Shown here in pieces: positions 30,531 through 41,732 of a stretch of 64,000 nt of DNA. The translations under genes were made by a program, and so were the position numbers. This DNA comes from an uncultured delta proteobacterium (GTDB taxonomy: Bacteria > Myxococcota_A > UBA9160 > UBA4427), in contig CAWGJT010000007.1 of assembly GCA_963822965.1 (NCBI GenBank), forward strand, positions 32,001-96,000, read 5' to 3'. The notes under the pieces are model-generated. The model did not search any database. It was given only the letters and a program-made list of their open reading frames with translations, and was not told where the DNA came from. Numbering within the stretch: the stretch's first letter is position 1; every line of letters starts with the position of its first letter.

Positions 30531-32042
30531 TCACTCGCGCGCGTCGAGCTGGCCGCTCGCGATCCGCTCCACGAGCAGCGTCCGCTGCACTTGTCCCGTG
30601 GCGGCGGTGCGCGGCAGCGCGTCGACGCAGACGAGGCGGCGCGGCTTCTTGAACCCGGCGAGCCGCCCCTCGCCGTGGGCGTGCAGCGCGGCCAGGCTCG
30701 GCACCTCGCCGTCGCGCGGGACCACCACCGCGCACACGACCTCGCCCCACTCCGAGTCGGGGACGCCGACGATCGAGATCTCCGCCACCCCGGGCGCGTC
30801 GGACAGCACGCCCTCGACCTCCGCCGGCGAGACGCTCTCGCCGCCCGTGCGGATGATCTCCTTCTTGCGGCCCACGATCGAGAGACAGCCGTCGGCGTCG
30901 AGGGCGCCGAGGTCGCCGGTGTGGAACCAACCTTCGGCCAACGCCGCGGCGGTGGCCTCGTCGTCGTCGAAGTAGCCGCTCATCAGGTAGGGGCTGCGCA
31001 CCAGGATCTCACCCTCGTCGGACAGCCGCAGGTCCACGTAAGGCGATGCGGGGCCGACGCTCCCGGGCTTCGAGAGTACGTCGGCGTCCGACAACATCGT
31101 CGCCGACCCGACCTCCGTCGACCCGTAGTAGATGCGCGTCCTCGTCCCGGGGAAGCGTTCCTTCAAGGCGCGGATCAGCTCGATGGGCGTGGCCGACGTG
31201 CCGGTGTCGAGCTCGCGCAGGCTCGAGAGGTCCCAGCGGCCCGTGTCCTCGGCGAGGATGCGGCTCCACACGAGCGGGATCCCGTAGAAGCGGTTCGCGC
31301 GATGGCGCTCGATTGCGTCGAGCAGGGCTGCGGACGTCGCCGTCTCGACGAAGACGATCTCACCGCGCGTCTGCCAGGCGGCGAGGGCGAGGGTGAAGGC
31401 CGCCATGTGGAAGAGCGGGAACATGCAGACCGAGATCTCCGGCTCGTCGCGGAAGACGCCCTGAAAGCCGCGCAGCCAGTTCGCGCGATGCGAGAGGACG
31501 ACGCCCTTCGGCCGGCCGGTGCTGCCACTCGTGAAGAAGATGACGTGGGGATCGTCCTCACCCAGCGCCGGCTCGTCGGGCGCGGCGCCGCACGCCGGCA
31601 GCCTGGCCGGGTCGAGGACGAGACCGACGTCGCCCCCCGGCAGTGACGCGACGGCGGGGATGCCGCAGGCATCGGCGACGGCCGAGGCAACGCCCGCGCG
31701 CTCGGCGTCGACCACGAGCAGCGAGCCGCGAGCCAGGCGCCCGACGTCCGCCGCCTCGTTGGCGCCCAGGCGCGCATTCAGCGGCGCGAAGACCGCGCCG
31801 AGCTTCGCGAGCGCCACGAAGACCGGCAGCACGTCGAGCGAGGTGTCGGCCCAGGTCACGACGCGGTCGCCGTGGCCGATCCCCCGCTCGCGCAGGGCCC
31901 AGGCGACCCGGTTGCCAGCGTCGTCGAGCGCGCGGTGGGTGAACATGCGGCCGCCCAGCGCCGCGGCCGGGCGTTCCGGCACCGCCTCGGCGTTGCGCCG
32001 GAAGATCTCACCCACCAGCAGGGCCTGGCCGGGCTCGCTCAT
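30531..32042 (-). CDS. Acyl-CoA synthetase (AMP-binding enzyme)
   Basis: FTSGSTGRPKG, YGSTE, WFHTGDLG, GRKKEIIRTGGE. Confidence 0.95.
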   Translation of the reverse strand: MSEPGQALLVGEIFRRNAEAVPERPAAALGGRMFTHRALDDAGNRVAWALRERGIGHGDRVVTWADTSLDVLPVFVALAKLGAVFAPLNARLGANEAADVGRLARGSLLVVDAERAGVASAVADACGIPAVASLPGGDVGLVLDPARLPACGAAPDEPALGEDDPHVIFFTSGSTGRPKGVVLSHRANWLRGFQGVFRDEPEISVCMFPLFHMAAFTLALAAWQTRGEIVFVETATSAALLDAIERHRANRFYGIPLVWSRILAEDTGRWDLSSLRELDTGTSATPIELIRALKERFPGTRTRIYYGSTEVGSATMLSDADVLSKPGSVGPASPYVDLRLSDEGEILVRSPYLMSGYFDDDEATAAALAEGWFHTGDLGALDADGCLSIVGRKKEIIRTGGESVSPAEVEGVLSDAPGVAEISIVGVPDSEWGEVVCAVVVPRDGEVPSLAALHAHGEGRLAGFKKPRRLVCVDALPRTAATGQVQRTLLVERIASGQLDARE

Positions 32043-32078
32043 CGGGCTCCTCGGGTGGTTGCCATCACGCCTCGATCA

Positions 32079-32111
32079 GAATAACGTTCCTGAAATGGGG
32101 AACAACGTTCT
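32079..32111. promoter_or_regulatory. Paired GAAYAACGTTC boxes, candidate TetR operators
   Basis: AACGTT palindromes at 32083-32088 and 32104-32109, 21 bp apart, between divergent ligase and tetR. Confidence 0.45.
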
Positions 32112-32778
32112 CACAGAAAAAACGAAGACATCCGTCGTCGCTGCGGCGACCGTGGAGCGGAGCCTATCGGCCCGCCGCGCCGCCGCCGAGGCCGAGGTTG
32201 GACGTCTGGTGGCTGCCTCCCTCGCGGTCATCGAGCGCACCGGCTGCCTCGAGCCGCGGGTCAGCGAGATCGTGCGCGAGGCCGGCCTCTCGAACCAGGC
32301 CTTCTACCGCCACTTCCGCAGCAAGCACGAGCTGCTCGTGGCGGTGCTCGACCACGGCGTCGAGATCCTCGCCGGCTACCTCGCGCATCGCATGGAGCGG
32401 GTCGACACGCCCGCGGCCCGGGTGCGCGAGTGGCTGCGGGGCATCCTCGCGCAGGCCGTCGACCCCCGCGGCGCCGAGGCCACGAGGCCCTTCGTGCTCT
32501 CGCGCGGTCGGCTCGCCGAGGCGTTCCCCGACGAGGTCGCCGCCTCGGAGCGGCGTGTGACCGAGCTGCTGCACCGGCCCCTGGCCGAGGGCGCGGCTTC
32601 GGGCGCGCTTCGAGCGGGCGATCCGGAGCGGGACGCCGCGGCGCTCTACTGGCTCGCGATGGGATTCGTGCAGGCACAGCTCGCCCGCGGCAGGGCGCCG
32701 AGCGAGCGCGACGCCGCGGCGCTCGAGGCCTTCGCCCTCGCCGGCGTCGGCGTCCCTGGAGGCGAGCTTGGAGCGTGA
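32095..32778 (+). CDS. TetR-family transcriptional regulator
   Basis: VSEIVREAGLSNQAFYRHFRSKHELL HTH; start uncertain. Confidence 0.9.
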   Translation: MGNNVLTEKTKTSVVAAATVERSLSARRAAAEAEVGRLVAASLAVIERTGCLEPRVSEIVREAGLSNQAFYRHFRSKHELLVAVLDHGVEILAGYLAHRMERVDTPAARVREWLRGILAQAVDPRGAEATRPFVLSRGRLAEAFPDEVAASERRVTELLHRPLAEGAASGALRAGDPERDAAALYWLAMGFVQAQLARGRAPSERDAAALEAFALAGVGVPGGELGA

Positions 32779-33352
32779 GGTCCTGATGTCCGGGGTCGGC
32801 GGCCAGGGCGTGCAGCTCGCCGCGAGCATCCTCGCCGAGGCCGCCACCGCCGAGGGCCGTCACGTCCTGTCGCTCGGGACCTACGGCGGCACCATGCGCG
32901 GCGGAAATACCGACTCGACCGTCATCGTCGCCGACGCGCCGGTCGAATCGCCCCCGGTCGTCTCGCGTTGCTGGGCCGCGCTCGTCATGCACCCCCGCTT
33001 CGCGGCCCCGACCTGCGCGAAGCTGCGGCGCGGCGGGCTCGCCTTCGTCGACGCCGACGTCCATGCCACCGCCGGCGTCGAGCTCTCGCTGGGCGGCGCG
33101 AGCCGCGTCGACGTGCCGGCGCAGACCCTGGCGCGCGAGGCCGGAGCGCCGCGCGCGGGCTCGCTCGTGCTGCTCGGCGCCCTCTGTGGCGCCACCGGTC
33201 TCGTCCGGCTCGACGCGCTGGTCGCCGCCATGGAGTCGGTCGTGCCGAGCTACCGCCGCCAGCACGTCGAGGCGAACGCGCGCGCGCTGGCTGCCGGCCA
33301 CGGCGCCGTCGCGGCGGGGCGTTCGCCCGCCTGGCAGGAGGCCGCAGCGTGA
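32768..33352 (+). CDS. 2-oxoacid:ferredoxin oxidoreductase gamma subunit
   Basis: GVGGQG, YGGTMRGG. Confidence 0.9.
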   Translation: MEREVLMSGVGGQGVQLAASILAEAATAEGRHVLSLGTYGGTMRGGNTDSTVIVADAPVESPPVVSRCWAALVMHPRFAAPTCAKLRRGGLAFVDADVHATAGVELSLGGASRVDVPAQTLAREAGAPRAGSLVLLGALCGATGLVRLDALVAAMESVVPSYRRQHVEANARALAAGHGAVAAGRSPAWQEAAA

Positions 33353-33600
33353 GCGGTGTGAAGACGACCGGCACCGTCGTGATCGAAACCGAGCGCTGCA
33401 AGGGCTGCGAGCTCTGCATCCCCGCGTGCCCGCCCGCGGTGCTGCGCATGGCGAGCGATCGCAACGACTCGGGCTACGCCTACCCCGAGCTCCTGCCGGG
33501 CTGCACCGGCTGCGGTGCCTGCCTGTTGGTGTGCCCCGATTTCTGCTTCGAAGTCTGGCGCTACGACGAGCCGCGCATGCTCGAAGGAGGCGTCGCGTGA
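33349..33600 (+). CDS. 2x[4Fe-4S] ferredoxin (oxidoreductase delta subunit)
   Basis: CKGCELCIPACP and CTGCGACLLVCP. Confidence 0.9.
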   Translation: MSGVKTTGTVVIETERCKGCELCIPACPPAVLRMASDRNDSGYAYPELLPGCTGCGACLLVCPDFCFEVWRYDEPRMLEGGVA

Positions 33601-34688
33601 GCGGGCGTCGTCTCATGGAGGGCTCCGAGGCGATCGCCGAGGCCGCGATCGCGGCGGGCTGCCGCTTCTTCGCGGGCTACCCGATGACGCCCTTCACCGA
33701 GCTGCTCGAGCACCTCGCGCGACGCCTCCCGGAGGAGGGCGGCACCTGCATCAACGCCGAGAGCGAGATCGAGGCCGTCGGCATGGCCTGGGGCGCGGCC
33801 GCCACCGGCGCGCGCGCCGCCACGGGCTCGACGGGGCAGGGCCTCTCGCTCATGCAGGAGTCGCTCTCGGAGATCACGCGCGCCGAGATTCCGCTCGTGG
33901 TGTTCAACATGGCTCGGGGCCAGGGCGACTACTTCCAGGCCACGCGGGGTGGCGGTCACGGCGACTACCGCCACCTCGTGCTCGCGCCGATCGACGCGGC
34001 CGAGGCCGTCGTGCTGACGCAGCTCGCCTTCGACCTCGCCGACCGATGGCGTCACCCGGTGCTCGTGATGGGAGACTACCTGCTCGCCCACACGAGCGAG
34101 GCCGTCGTGATCGAGCGGCTCGCCTTCGACCCGCAGCCGCCCAAGGACTGGGCGGTGGACGGCTCCCTCGGAGGCACCGGGCGTTCGCGCAACCTGAACC
34201 CGATCGGCATGGAGAAGGGCAGCAAGGGCATCGACCCCGATCGCTTCTGGCGGCGGCTGCAGGGCAAGCAGGGCCGCATCGAGGCGGCCGAGCCGCGCCA
34301 CGAGACGTTCGCCACCGACGACGCCGAGGTCGTGGTCGTCGCCTACGGGACGATGGCGCGCTTCGCGCGGCACGCCGTCCGCGAGCTGCGTGCCGAGGGC
34401 GTGCGCGTCGGCTTGTTCCGCCCGATCACGCTGTGGCCGTTCCCCGCCGCGGCGCTCGACGCGTGCACGCGCGTCGCGTCGCGCGTCGCGTGCCTCGAGC
34501 AGAACGCAGGGCAGATGATCGAGGACGTGCGCCTCGCATTGCTGGGCCGTGTGCCCGTCGATGCGATCGGCGGGATCTCCACCGACGCCGCCGGCTTCGG
34601 GATGGGCCCGCTCCTCGACGCCGCCGTCGTGCGCAGTCGCATCGAGGCGGCGGTCGAGGGCCGGCCCCTGGAAGGAGGCGTCGGTTGA
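33597..34688 (+). CDS. 2-oxoacid:ferredoxin oxidoreductase alpha subunit (VOR-like)
   Basis: FAGYPMTP, ESEIEA, GQGLSLMQE, FRPITLWPFP. Confidence 0.9.
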   Translation: MSGRRLMEGSEAIAEAAIAAGCRFFAGYPMTPFTELLEHLARRLPEEGGTCINAESEIEAVGMAWGAAATGARAATGSTGQGLSLMQESLSEITRAEIPLVVFNMARGQGDYFQATRGGGHGDYRHLVLAPIDAAEAVVLTQLAFDLADRWRHPVLVMGDYLLAHTSEAVVIERLAFDPQPPKDWAVDGSLGGTGRSRNLNPIGMEKGSKGIDPDRFWRRLQGKQGRIEAAEPRHETFATDDAEVVVVAYGTMARFARHAVRELRAEGVRVGLFRPITLWPFPAAALDACTRVASRVACLEQNAGQMIEDVRLALLGRVPVDAIGGISTDAAGFGMGPLLDAAVVRSRIEAAVEGRPLEGGVG

Positions 34689-35494
34689 GCGACGAGCTGC
34701 GCGTGATCCCGACCGACGTCCGGCCCGAGGGCGCCACCTGCAAGAAGGGCTTCGGCTCGCCGCTCCAGCTCTCGCAGGACCACGACCTGTGCCCGGGCTG
34801 CGGCGAGCCCGTTGCGCTGCGGGCGATCCTCGACGCCGTCGAGGCGCTCGAGGTCCAGCAGCGCACCATCGGCGTGGTCGGGATCGGCTGCTACACGGCG
34901 CTCACCAGCCTGATCGACCTCGACCTCGTCCAGGCGCTCCACGGCCGCGCGCCGTCGGTCGCGACCGGTGCCAAGCGCATGCGTCCCGACGCGCTGCTCT
35001 TCACGCTCCAGGGTGACGGCGACATGGTGAATGAGGGCCTCCAGGAGGTGATCCACACCGCGGCGCGCGGCGAGAACGTGACGTGCATCCTGCTGAACAA
35101 TGGCGTGTTCGGCGAGACCGGTGGGCACATGACGGCGACCACCGTGCTCGGCCAGCGCACCAAGAACTCGCTGGAGGGCCGCAACGCGGACTATCACGGC
35201 CATCCGATCCTGATCGCCGACCTGCTCGCCCGGCTCGGCGGCACGAGCTACGTGGCGCGCGCCAGCGTCCACGACGCGGCGGGCGTCGCGCGCACGCGCC
35301 GCGCGCTCGAGCGCGCCTTCACGTCGCAGCTGAAGGGCGAGGGGTTCTCGTTCGTCGAGATCCTCACCATGTGCCCGACGGGCTGGTTCGTCCCGACCGC
35401 CGAAGGGCCGGGATATCTCGACGAGGTCCTGGGCGCGGTGCACCGTGTGGGCGAGCTCAAGCGCGATGGCGAGCTGATCGCGCCCGAGGGATGA
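34685..35494 (+). CDS. 2-oxoacid:ferredoxin oxidoreductase beta subunit (TPP-binding)
   Basis: CPGCG, GIGC, HGRAP, GDGD...NN. Confidence 0.9.
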   Translation: MSDELRVIPTDVRPEGATCKKGFGSPLQLSQDHDLCPGCGEPVALRAILDAVEALEVQQRTIGVVGIGCYTALTSLIDLDLVQALHGRAPSVATGAKRMRPDALLFTLQGDGDMVNEGLQEVIHTAARGENVTCILLNNGVFGETGGHMTATTVLGQRTKNSLEGRNADYHGHPILIADLLARLGGTSYVARASVHDAAGVARTRRALERAFTSQLKGEGFSFVEILTMCPTGWFVPTAEGPGYLDEVLGAVHRVGELKRDGELIAPEG

Positions 35495-35607
35495 CCGGGG
35501 AAGCGCAGGACGTCGTCCTCGGCGAAGGTGCCGAGCTCGAGCCAGGTCGAAGTCCCTCTCGGAGAGGAGCCACCCCAGGCACCGCCATGCGCCGGTGCAC
35601 GCCGCGC

Positions 35608-35994
35608 CTAGCGCGGCGAGGTCGCTACCCCGAAGAACGCGCCGACGACCGCGAGCGCTCCCGTGTAGACGAAGACGATCGCCGGCACGGCTCGTTCCCA
35701 GCCCGAGGTGGCGTCTCGACCGAAGAGGGCGCCCGTGAACGCAGCGGCCACCAACGCCATGCCGACGGCCATGGTCAGCGCGCTCGCCGCCATCCGGCCG
35801 AAGCCGCCGCGGCCGAGCCGTCCCGCGACGAAGCCTCCGATGACCGGTCCGAGCGGTCCGAGGACGAAGTGGAGCAAGGGGACGGCGACACACGCGATCG
35901 AGACCAGGAATCCGGCGATGCCGGCCACGAGGCCCGCGAAGACGCCCAGGCGGTCGAGCGGATGCGTCGGAGGCGGGGGTTGCGAGGCGGCCAT
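35608..35994 (-). CDS. Hypothetical membrane protein
   Basis: Four hydrophobic Gly-rich segments, GPVIGGFVAG. Confidence 0.6.
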   Translation of the reverse strand: MAASQPPPPTHPLDRLGVFAGLVAGIAGFLVSIACVAVPLLHFVLGPLGPVIGGFVAGRLGRGGFGRMAASALTMAVGMALVAAAFTGALFGRDATSGWERAVPAIVFVYTGALAVVGAFFGVATSPR

Positions 35995-36077
35995 CCGGCG
36001 AGCCTACCGCGCGTCCGGCCGCGTCGTCATGCGGGCTGGCTGCGGTCGAGGGCGCATCGTCCCGACCGGGCTGCGGC

Positions 36078-38036
36078 TCAGGTGAGCGGCTGACCGGGGA
36101 GGAGCGGCGGCATCGGGGCGCCCAGGGTGTCGGCGATCGCTCGCATCATCTCTCCCTGGGCCTCGGAGACGACGCCGTCGGCCGCGATGGCCGCCGCGCA
36201 GGCCGGGAGCAGCTGCTCGACGGCGCGCGCGTCGGCGTTCGCGAGCCGGACGAGCGCGCCTTCGAGGGCGTCGAGCCCCGAGCGCTCCGCAGGCAGCAGC
36301 TGCAGTCCGAGCCGGGGCAGCTTCGCGGCACCCTGGTCGAAGGCCTTCTGGACGGCCTCCGCGCCGGGGCTCCCGAAGCGTGCGAGCACCGAGAGCGCGA
36401 CGCTGCACTCGGCCGCGAGATCCGAGAGCGGGAGGTTCGCCTTCGCTCGAGACGCCGTCCGCTCGAAGTGGGGCCGCAGGTGCGCGAGCAGGATGCGCTG
36501 GAGCGTCCACTCGAACAGGTCGATCTTGTCGTCCGCCTCGACCAGGGCCCTCACGTTCGTCTTGAAGGCCGCGTACTGGCGCGGGGAGAGGCGCCGCAGG
36601 GCCGGCAGCGCCAGGTCGACCAGCGGCAGACGCACGCGGGAGTCGAGACGTTCGACGTCCCGAAGCAGCCCGCGTGTCTCGTCGGCGATGCCCGGCTCGC
36701 CGAAGCGCGCGAGCTGCTCGAGCTGGCGTCGCCGTGCCGCTTCGTCGCGGTTGACGAGCAGCGCGTACAGCACCGCCCGAGCGCCGTGGGGCTCGTGGCA
36801 GGCGGCGACCACCGTGGGCGGGAGGCTGGCCAGCAGACGGGTCGCGTAGTCGAGGTGGGCGGCGGTGGGCTCGCCCACCTGGTCGATCGCCGGTGCTCCC
36901 GGGGTCCGGGGCGGCGGCGTCCCGGGCGCAGCGGCCGTGCCCGCGAAGCCTGCGGCGGCCGTGCCCGCGAAGCCCGCGGCGGCCGAAGCCGGCAGCCCTT
37001 CCGCGGCGGCGGTCGACGGCACGGCGCCCGTGAAGTCGGGCTCGAGCCGCCGGATGCGCTCGGTCAGCGGCGGATGGGTGGCGAACAGCGACTGCAGCCC
37101 GCCCCGCAGTCCCTCGCTGAAGTAGAGGTGACTGGCCTCGGGAGCGGACGGGCTCACCAGGATCGAGCCGGCCTCGAGGCCCGCGATCTTCTTGAGCGCG
37201 CCGGCGATGCCGGCCGGGTTGCGGGTGAACTGGACCGCCGACGCGTCCGCGAGGAACTCGTGCTGCCGGCTCACCGAGGCCTTGATGAGGTTGCCGAAGA
37301 AGGTTCCCAGGAAGCCCACGACCATCAGCCCGAAGCCCGCCAGCAGGATCACGGTGCCGGTGTTGTCGCGGCTGCCGCGCCGACCGCCGGCGAACATCGA
37401 CGAGCGCAGCAGGAAGTAGCCGATGATCCCGATGAGCAGGATCCCGTGGATCGCACCCATCAGCCGGATGTTGAGCCGCATGTCCCCGTTCAGGATGTGG
37501 CTGAACTCGTGCGCGATGACGCCCTGTAGCTCGTCGCGGCTCAGGTGGTGGATGCAGCCCCGGGTGACGGCGATGACCGCGTCGCTCGGGGTGAAGCCCG
37601 CCGCGAAGGCGTTGATGCCCTCCTCGTCCACCAGCACGTAGACGGGCGGCGTGGGCGTCCCGCTCGCGATCGCCATCTCCTCCACCACGTTCAGGATCTT
37701 GCGCGCTTCCGGATCACGGGTGTCCGTCGGGATGAGCTGGCCGCCCAGGTGCTCGGCGACCACCGCCCCGCCGCCCCGCAGCTGCCAGATCTTGTACAGG
37801 CTGCCGCCGGCCACCACCGCGAGGGTGGCGAGCCCGACCTGGACGAAGAGGTCCGGCTGCCACAAGGGGACGGGGAGGGCGCGGCCGTAGGCGTCGGTGT
37901 GCGAGAGACCCGTGAGGGCGACGGCCAGCGCGTAGGTGAGCGCCACGATACCCACGACCGCGCACCCGAACAGGAACACGAGCCACGCGCTCTGCCGGCG
38001 CGCCTCCTCCTGGTGCTCGAAGAAACGGGTGGCCAT
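36078..38036 (-). CDS. M48-family (HtpX-like) zinc metalloprotease
   Basis: INAFAAG, AHEFSH, EFLADA, THPPL. Confidence 0.9.
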   Translation of the reverse strand: MATRFFEHQEEARRQSAWLVFLFGCAVVGIVALTYALAVALTGLSHTDAYGRALPVPLWQPDLFVQVGLATLAVVAGGSLYKIWQLRGGGAVVAEHLGGQLIPTDTRDPEARKILNVVEEMAIASGTPTPPVYVLVDEEGINAFAAGFTPSDAVIAVTRGCIHHLSRDELQGVIAHEFSHILNGDMRLNIRLMGAIHGILLIGIIGYFLLRSSMFAGGRRGSRDNTGTVILLAGFGLMVVGFLGTFFGNLIKASVSRQHEFLADASAVQFTRNPAGIAGALKKIAGLEAGSILVSPSAPEASHLYFSEGLRGGLQSLFATHPPLTERIRRLEPDFTGAVPSTAAAEGLPASAAAGFAGTAAAGFAGTAAAPGTPPPRTPGAPAIDQVGEPTAAHLDYATRLLASLPPTVVAACHEPHGARAVLYALLVNRDEAARRRQLEQLARFGEPGIADETRGLLRDVERLDSRVRLPLVDLALPALRRLSPRQYAAFKTNVRALVEADDKIDLFEWTLQRILLAHLRPHFERTASRAKANLPLSDLAAECSVALSVLARFGSPGAEAVQKAFDQGAAKLPRLGLQLLPAERSGLDALEGALVRLANADARAVEQLLPACAAAIAADGVVSEAQGEMMRAIADTLGAPMPPLLPGQPLT

Positions 38037-38066
38037 CAGGATCGTCCGTCGCTCAGCGCCTGCCGC

Positions 38067-38660
38067 TCAGGAGAACGACACCTTCGGCGGCTCGGCGATC
38101 GCCTGGGTGTCGAACTCGAGCAACGAGGCGTCCGTCGGGTGGCCGAAGGCGCCGGCGAGCAGCACCGCCGGGAAGCTCTGGCGGTAGGTGTTGTAGGCGG
38201 TCACCGCGTCGTTGAACGCCTGGCGCGCGAAGGAGACCTTGTTCTCGGTCGAGGTCAGCTCCTCGGTGAGCTGCTGCATGTTCTGGCTCGCCTTCAGGTC
38301 CGGATACGACTCGGACAGCGCGAGCAGGCGACCCATCGCCCCCCCGAGCACGCCTTCGGCGGCGCCCAGCTTCTTCATGGCCTCGGGGTCGCCGGGGTCG
38401 CTGGCGGCGGCGGCCAGCCCCGAAGCGGCCTGGTTGCGGGCCTGGACGACCGCCTCGAGGGTCTGTCGCTCGTGGGCCATGTAGCCCTTGACGGTCTCCA
38501 CCAGGTTGGGGATCAGGTCGTGCCGCCGCTTGAGCTGCACCTCGATCTGGGCGAAGCCGTTCTTGTAGCGGTTCCGGAGCACCACCAGGCGGTTGTAGAT
38601 CCCGACGACGAAGACCACCACGACGATGGCGACGACGGCGAGGACGATGAGAGCGGTCAT
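38067..38660 (-). CDS. lemA: LemA family protein
   Basis: YNRLV, QLKRRHDLIPNLVETVKGY, YPDLKA. Confidence 0.95.
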   Translation of the reverse strand: MTALIVLAVVAIVVVVFVVGIYNRLVVLRNRYKNGFAQIEVQLKRRHDLIPNLVETVKGYMAHERQTLEAVVQARNQAASGLAAAASDPGDPEAMKKLGAAEGVLGGAMGRLLALSESYPDLKASQNMQQLTEELTSTENKVSFARQAFNDAVTAYNTYRQSFPAVLLAGAFGHPTDASLLEFDTQAIAEPPKVSFS

Positions 38661-38804
38661 TTTCCCTCCCTGTCGGGCGCGCGGGCGACGCTTGGCGCGG
38701 CGCGACGTCCCCACGATAGGACATCGCCCGACCCCTTTCGGATCCCGGAAGCCGGGCGCCTGTCTTACAATCCCGCGGCCCCCCGGACCCACCGGAGACC
38801 CTCC

Positions 38805-41677
38805 TTGAAGCGTTCGATCCCGTCCCGTGTGGAGCGTCCGGCTCCGCGCCGCCCCCCGCTCCTGCTCCTGGCCCTGGTCCTGCTGGTGGCGTGCGTCTCG
38901 CTGCCGTGGCGCGCTCCGTCGATCATCCAGAGCCCGAACGACCCCCGCAGCTACCGCGCGCTCACCCTCGACAACGGGCTGGTGGTGCTGCTCGCGTCGG
39001 ACCCGACCGCCGACAAGGCGGCCGCGGCGCTCACGGTCTTCCGGGGAAGCTACGACGACCCGAAGGACCGGCCGGGGCTCGCTCACTTCCTCGAGCACAT
39101 GCTCTTCCTGGGAACCGCGAAGTACCCGAGCGTCGACGGCTACCAGGGTTACATCACCACCCACGGCGGGACCACCAACGCCTACACGGCCTCGGACCAC
39201 ACCAGCTTCTTCTTCGACATCCAGCCCGACTTCTTCGAGGGGGCCCTCGATCGCTTCGCGCAGTTCTTCATCGCACCGACCTTCGACGCCGCCTACGTCG
39301 AGCGCGAGAAGAACGCCGTCGACTCCGAGTACCACCTGTACCTGAAGGACGATGACCGGCGCTCCTCGGCCGTAGAGGAGGAGGTCATGAACCCCGCGCA
39401 TCCGGGCGCGCGCTTCTCGGTCGGGAGCCTGGCCACCCTCGCGGGCGACGTGCGCGCGGACCTGCTCGCGTTCTACCGCACCCACTACTCCGCCGATCAG
39501 ATGGCGCTGGTCGTGATCGGCAACCAGTCCCTCGACGAGCTGCAGACCTGGGTGCGCGAGAAGTTCTCCCCCATTCCGCGCCGCAAGCTCGCGAAGCCGG
39601 CCCCCATCCCCCGATCTTCGCGCCGGGAACCCTGCCGCGGAAGCTCGTCTACCAGACCGTCGAGAACAAGCGCGAGCTGGTCTACAACTTCCCGGTGCCG
39701 GCGCTCGACCCGTACTTCCGCGAGAAGCCCGGCGACTACGTCGCCAACCTGCTGGGCCACGAGGGCGTCGGCAGCCTCCACGCCCGGCTCGAGGCCCGCG
39801 GCTGGATCGAGGAGCTGAGCGCCGGCGCGATCCGCTACGACGCGGACAACGCCCTGATCACGGTCTCGATCCAGCTCAGCGACGAAGGCTGGAAGCACCA
39901 GGACGACATCACCCGGGCGCTCTTCGACTACATCGCGCTGATCCGCAGCAGCGGCGTCGAGAAGTGGCGCTACCAGGAGCAGGCCGAGATCTCCGATCTG
40001 GCGTTCCGCTTCCAGCGGCGGCAGTCGCCGCTGGCCTTCGCCTATACCACGTCCCCGAACCTGCAGCTCTACCCGGTGCGCGACGTGTTGGTCGCGCGGT
40101 ACCTGATGGAGCACTACGACCCGAAGGGGATCGACCGCTACCTGGACGCGCTGCGCCCCGACAACCTGCTGCTCGAGGTGAGCGGACCGAACGTCGAGAC
40201 CGACGCCGTCGAGCCGTGGTTCCAGGTACCCTACGCCCAGACGCCCCTGAAGCTCGACCTCGGCTCCCCGTCGCCGGCCGAGCTCGGGCTCGTGCTGCCG
40301 CCCCCCAACGAGTTCGTGCCGACGAATCTCGCGCTCATCGATCAGTCCCCGTCCCGCCCGACGCGGATCGACTCGACGGCAGGGCTGTCGTTCTGGTGGG
40401 CGCCGGATGCGAGCTTCGGCACGCCGCGCGCGACGACCTATGTGCGCCTCGACGTCCCGGGCGGCCTCGACTCCCCGACCGACGCGGCCTACGCGCGCCT
40501 CTACGCCCGTCTCGTGGTCGACGCGCTCAACACCTTCGCGTATCCGGCGCAGATCGCGGGGCTGGGCTACGACGTCGGCGTCCAGCCCAACGGCTTCCTC
40601 GTCACCGTCACGGGCTACGACGACAAGCAGCCGCTGTTGCTGCATCACATCCTCGACGTCTTCGGCAGCGTCGAGCCCACGGCGCCGAAGGTCTCGGGCT
40701 ATCGCGACGAGCTGCTTCGTTCGTGGGAGAACTTCACCGCGCAGCCACCCTACCAGCAGGCGCTCGCGAGCCTCTCCAACGTGATGATCGCGGGCGACTG
40801 GCCGCCTGCGCGCTTGTCGGAGGCGCTCCACGACGTCACGCCGGCGAGCCTCGCGGCCTGGCGGCACGATCGTCTCGACCACTACGGTGCCCTCGTGCTG
40901 ATGCACGGCAACGTCGACGCCCGGAAGGCGGCGGCCGTCTCTCGGATGATCGAGACGACCCTGAAGCTCGCTCCCGTCGACGTCGCCCCGGACACCGTCG
41001 CCCGGCTGCCCGCCGGAGACTTCACGTTCGCCTTGAACGCCCGGAGCGACGACGCCGCCATGCTCCTCTACCTGCAGGGCGCCGACCCGTCGTTCGAGGA
41101 GCGAGCGCGCTTCGGACTGACCTCCCAGGTCCTGCGGACCCCGTACTACGACGACCTGCGCACCCAGCAGCAGCTCGGTTACGTGGTGGCCGTGACCCCG
41201 TCGGTGCTGCGCCGGACTCCCGGCCTCGCGTTCGTCGTGCAGAGCCCGGTGTCCGGCCCCGGCGCGCTGCTCGAGGCGACGAAGACGTTTCTCGACGGCT
41301 ACCGCGGCAAGCTGGCCCGGACGTCCGCCGACGAGCTCTCCGCCTACGAGCAGGGCCTGATCGGCCTGCTGCTCGAGAAGGACAAGAACCTCGCCGATCG
41401 CAGTCAGCGCTACTGGAGGGATCTGGACGTCGGGATCACCAGCTTCGACTCGCGCGAGCAGATCGCTGCTCGCATCGATCGAATCGATCTGCCGGCCCTG
41501 ATGAAGTTCTACGACCGCCTGCTCGAGCTGGTGCAGACCCGCCGGCTGGTGATCTACAGCGCCGGCCGCTTCCACGATCGGCCGCCCGGAACGGCCGTCG
41601 CCGACGTCGGCGCGTTCCGGTCCGCGGCGGGTGTCGTCACCCCGGACGCGGCGCCGCGCGCCAGCGCCACGCCCTAG
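38805..41677 (+). CDS. M16/insulinase-family peptidase (pitrilysin-like), frameshifted
   Basis: GLAHFLEHMLFLG (HxxEH), NAYT, LRTQQQLGY; shift near 39610; start uncertain. Confidence 0.9.
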
Positions 41678-41732
41678 CCAGCGCTGCCGCCGCGTCGTTC
41701 GGTTACCCTCGCTCCGACGAGGGAGCCCATCG

